Of a stretch of 64,000 nucleotides of DNA, positions 58,215-64,000 are shown one piece after another. Both the position numbers and the translations under genes were made by a program. The notes beneath the pieces are model-generated. The model did not search any database. It saw only the letters and a program-made list of their open reading frames with translations, and was not told the DNA's origin. Each line of letters begins with the position of its first letter. Within the stretch, counting starts at the first letter, position 1. Source of the DNA: Takakia lepidozioides (taxonomy: Eukaryota; Plantae; Bryophyta); the NCBI GenBank assembly GCA_030704615.1, contig CM060731.1:42904001-42968000 (forward strand). Reading direction: 5' to 3'.

Positions 58215-58416
58215 GCTAGCGAAATCTCTTATTTCGATGAAGAAACCCATTATTGGTTGGTGAAATCCATTATTTTGTTGGAGAAACCCATTATTGGCTG
58301 GCAAAATCCATTATTTCGCTGGAGAAATCCATTATGTGTCGGCAAAATCCATTATTTCGTTGAAGAAACCATTATTGGCTGGTGAAATCTATTATTTCGC
58401 TGGAGAAACCCATTGT
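58215..58416. repeat. ~20-bp minisatellite with an alternating ~41-bp higher-order pattern
   Basis: (aa(c/t)ccattat...) units alternating tgg.tgg and ttcg.tgga variants, about 10 copies. Confidence 0.85.
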
Positions 58417-58486
58417 TTGTCTCATTATATTTATAGATATGTGGAACATAGAGCTTGAAAATATACATTAAGGGTGCCTATTTTCA

Positions 58487-58506
58487 TTAGGGTTTAGGGT
58501 TTAGGG
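58487..58506 (+). repeat. Short interstitial plant telomere repeat
   Basis: ttagggtttagggtttaggg. Confidence 0.7.
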
Positions 58507-59170
58507 ACACAGAAATAGGAACACAACTGATATTTTCGCTATTTTGGAACCCTATCCTCATGAATTCTATTTCCGTGAAAACATGTATACCCTATTGCCG
58601 TATTTGTTTTCCTGTGCTCACGTCATTTGTGCTCACTGGTGTGCTCACGTTCTACCAACCCCCCAGTCAGAGGGGAGCTTGGTGTGGCAAGTGGGGGGAA
58701 GGATGAGCTTTCTTCCCGCCCCCATATCATGGCTTGTTTTACGGGTTTCCATGGGCTGATGGCTGGAAGAGCGATAGAGGCGCTGAACCCCACGGTGGCA
58801 GCCACACAAGCTCCGCGTAGGATTTAACATGGGCGTATGTCTAGCCGTGTGGTAGCCGCAGCTTCATCGTCAACCAATAAAATAGCTACACCCTTAGATA
58901 ACACCGGACACAAGTTGGGCCAACTGCACAGTATGGTACCCTAGTATGGTATGGATTCACCCGAGGATGAAAATTAAACCGTGGCGATTGACTTGGAAGC
59001 AATACTCAAAACATAAACTCATCCATCTGTCTCCATGTGCTGATACATCCCAACACAATGTTCATCCAAAACCATCTCATCCATCTAGCTCTCATTCATC
59101 CAGTTACGAACTCATCTATGACGTAGAAAAGGTAACGCAGCCGCAAGAGGAGGACGGTGACGCGACAAAA

Positions 59171-59385
59171 GCCCAATGAAATATCGGGCGAAGTTTCAGG
59201 CTATACACTTGGGCGTGCCATGAACCTGGACCCCTTCCGGCGGCCCAATGAAATGCCGGGCGAAATTTCAGGCTACACTTGAGCGCGCTGTGAACCTGGA
59301 CCCCTTCCGGCAGCCCAATGAAATGCCGGGCGAAATTTCAGGCTACACACTTGGGCGTGCCGTGAACCTGGACCTCTTCCGGCAG
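59171..59385. repeat. Three copies of a 70-72-bp GC-rich tandem repeat
   Basis: gcccaatgaaat..cgggcgaa.tttcaggcta...tgaacctggacc.cttccggc at 59171, 59243, 59313. Confidence 0.92.
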
Positions 59386-59943
59386 TAAGGGTAAGCGTCA
59401 ATTTCGGACACGGTGCCGTGCGACGAGACCGCGCGGGCACGCCACGCTACGCCCCACTCGCCCCGCCCGCGTTCCCCCGCGCTGGCGATACCTTCTCCCT
59501 CAATTCGCCAACGCCCTACTTTCCAACCTCTCTACCCTAGTTCCGCCAGCCCGGGACAACCGGTGTGTGGCGAAACCGGCCCATTCCCACGTCACCGGTC
59601 ACCGGATCCACAAGTTGCCCTACCTTCTGTGAAATGTTTTCATCCATTTGGATGAACAAGTCTCCCCAGCCCGCGAGATCCTACGTAAAAGTAGAAACTT
59701 GCTCTCATTGGAGGATTGTCTTCAACCCTCTGAACGACACGTGGTGGGATTCCTACTGCCCAGAACTCAGCTGCATTAGATCGGGGCCGCTCGGCGAAAA
59801 AGATGGCGGATTGCGGGCAGGGCCACTTGCAGCCATCGCGGCGCCCAGTCTGGCATCCAGTTTTGCCCTGTGATCCCAATCCGTCGCCCTGGTAAAACTC
59901 TTCTACTTTCACCACCGACAAACTCAATTTACTTTATACAGTA

Positions 59944-60520
59944 CCCTAGTGGAAGGGTAGATTAGACATAAATTAAATTAAAACAAAAAGTGCCTAAGCA
60001 AATCTGTGATTTTTCAATATTTATGCTTAAAAGGGTGGAAAAATAACATGAAAGTGCCTAATTCAATAAATATTCTCTAAACTCTATATAATTTCTATTG
60101 AATGCAAAAAAAACAATCTCCATAAATGTTCGCGCCAATTCCCTAGGTCCATACAACCTCCACAAGACCTTCCAATGCGTCTCGAACATCCTGCAAATGT
60201 TCATCATTGAATTCTTGATCACCATTCAAGTTAGGTATTGGATGTGCAATATTCCAAGGCAGTGACTCATGCTCTCCAGTACCTCAACATCAAGATAAAA
60301 GTCTGGTATGGGAGGTGTGAAGGACGCTAAGGTTGGTTTGTCTTGGGAAAGGAGGGGATGAAAGGAGAGAGTTCCTCGGGATGAAAGGTGCCTAAACATG
60401 AGAAATCATGGATAACATGTGCCTAATGTATATAAATTCTTTTTAAAAGTGCCTAAAGAGAATATTTCAAATTTAATAATTATAAGGCACTCAAGTGCCT
60501 AATCTGCCCTTCCATTACGG
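59944..60520. mobile_element. 577-bp Tc1/mariner-type (pogo-like) MITE
   Basis: TA|ccctagtggaagggtagattagaca ... tgcctaatctgcccttccattacgg|TA: ~25-bp imperfect TIRs with TA TSD; internal repeated gtgcctaa. Confidence 0.82.
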
Positions 60521-61074
60521 TATTTTATTTTTTATTTTTGAGGGATTAGTGGCCCTGGAAATTTTATTAAAAGCTTATTGAAGGGAAAAAAACTAAAACT
60601 AATATTTTTTTAATTCTTAATATCAAAACTAATATACCTTTATGTGCAAGTTAGTATTGTTTTCCTTTTTTTACACTGGACCATTTTGGTGTGTATCTAT
60701 CTAATGAAAAATTTGTACCTACATAAAAAGACAAAAAAATAAGAATAAAAAAAAGAAGAAAAAGGAAAGGAAAAAAGACAAAGCGTTTACGGAAAAGAGC
60801 CTTAAGAGTATCAGTAAAGTAATAAAGGATAAAATTTGGGTCTGACTAACCCTGGTTGGGTTCTGAACTGCAGTAGGCGGTGGACTCGTATTTACGAGAA
60901 ATAGTTACGAGGGTGCAGAGTAAGAAATAGTAACCCTGGTAGCGCGGGCTATATGTACCACCTCTCTCGCTCGTCGCTTCTCAGAGGGCCTTGTGGTGCG
61001 CTTGGATCTGGTCCGTGGGAGGGGCGCCTGGGAAGCGTCACTTCTTGTGAGGATCCCTTCCTGTTCGTCATACA

Positions 61075-61480
61075 TTGGCAATGTTGTAGCACAGATTTGA
61101 TTTCTTCTCTTTCCTTACAGTTTTTCGATCTCTCTGTGTCAGGGGCGGTGTGGGACGAGTGTTGTGAAAGCATCATTTCTTGTAATGATTTCTGTCTTTT
61201 CGTCAGTATCTTGCAATGTTGTTGGAGCAGTGGATTCGTTTCTTCTCCTTCTTTCCGATGTTTTCTGTGTGTATTTCACGAGCGGTGTTGGACGAGAGCC
61301 TCTGTAATAAGTGTTTGGGAAGCATCGGTTGCGGTAATGTTCGTCGTTTATTTGCAGTGTTGTAGCAGCGACTCGATTCTTCTCTTTCAGTCGAATATTC
61401 TGTGTGTGTGCCTCACGGGCGTTGTGGGAGAGGGCCTTCGTAGGTAATGTTTGGTGTGCAGTGTTGGAGGAGAGAGGTAG
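61075..61480. repeat. Three degenerate ~135-140-bp tandem units upstream of the protease ATG
   Basis: t.gca.tgttgt...ttcttctc...tctgtgt..., units start at ~61075, ~61211, ~61351. Confidence 0.6.
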
Positions 61481-61610
61481 GTATGGCGGACTCTGTTTCT
61501 TCCCCTGTGAAAATGGGGAATGGTTTGTCTCTCTGCAGAAGGATTTTCTAATAGGTGCAGCACAGAGGAGGACGGAACAAAGGGCAGGGAGAAAGGGGCC
61601 GAAAGGAGCT

Positions 61611-64000
<2,390 letters not shown>

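Noticed and set aside
59640-59927. Walker-A-like DGLGSQGKT suggesting a viral Rep/helicase
   Set aside because: Short ORF with no hydrophobic strand before the motif and no Walker B or other supporting motif.
61404-61610. N-terminal extension of the protease in the ORF track (likewise 41153, 49483, 21818)
   Set aside because: Three of these are non-ATG starts (61404, 41153, 21818). 49483 is an ATG but lies upstream of the family-like N-terminus. The protease signal peptide starts at ATG 61611.

Overview
Eukaryotic nuclear DNA from a land plant, judged from spliceosomal introns, plant-type genes and TTTAGGG repeats. A non-seed or bryophyte lineage is plausible but only an impression. Genes reconstructed by hand with frame-consistent exons: cystinosin-like PQ-loop transporter (-, first 2 exons only), 13-exon GH1 beta-glucosidase (-), a conserved 3-exon plant membrane protein (+), tRNA-Thr(CGT) (-), a Josephin-domain protein with an Arg/Ser-rich N-terminus, a transmembrane segment and Cys->Gly at the catalytic site (-), an intronless orphan Pro-rich/coiled-coil ORF head-to-head with it (+), MOC1 Holliday-junction resolvase (-), mitochondrial phosphate carrier (+) and a papain-family Cys protease (+, runs off the end). 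The first ~10 kb is a chain of same-orientation RTEX-like LINE copies of two families, with (TC)n and (CATTT)n tails, apparently inside a cystinosin intron. Intergenic DNA holds a permuted chromovirus Ty3/gypsy remnant, a Harbinger transposase remnant, mariner-type and hAT-type MITEs, L1 remnants, an isolated lipase gene fragment and several tandem repeats. The most novel-looking candidate is the membrane-anchored pseudo-deubiquitinase with its divergent orphan neighbour.
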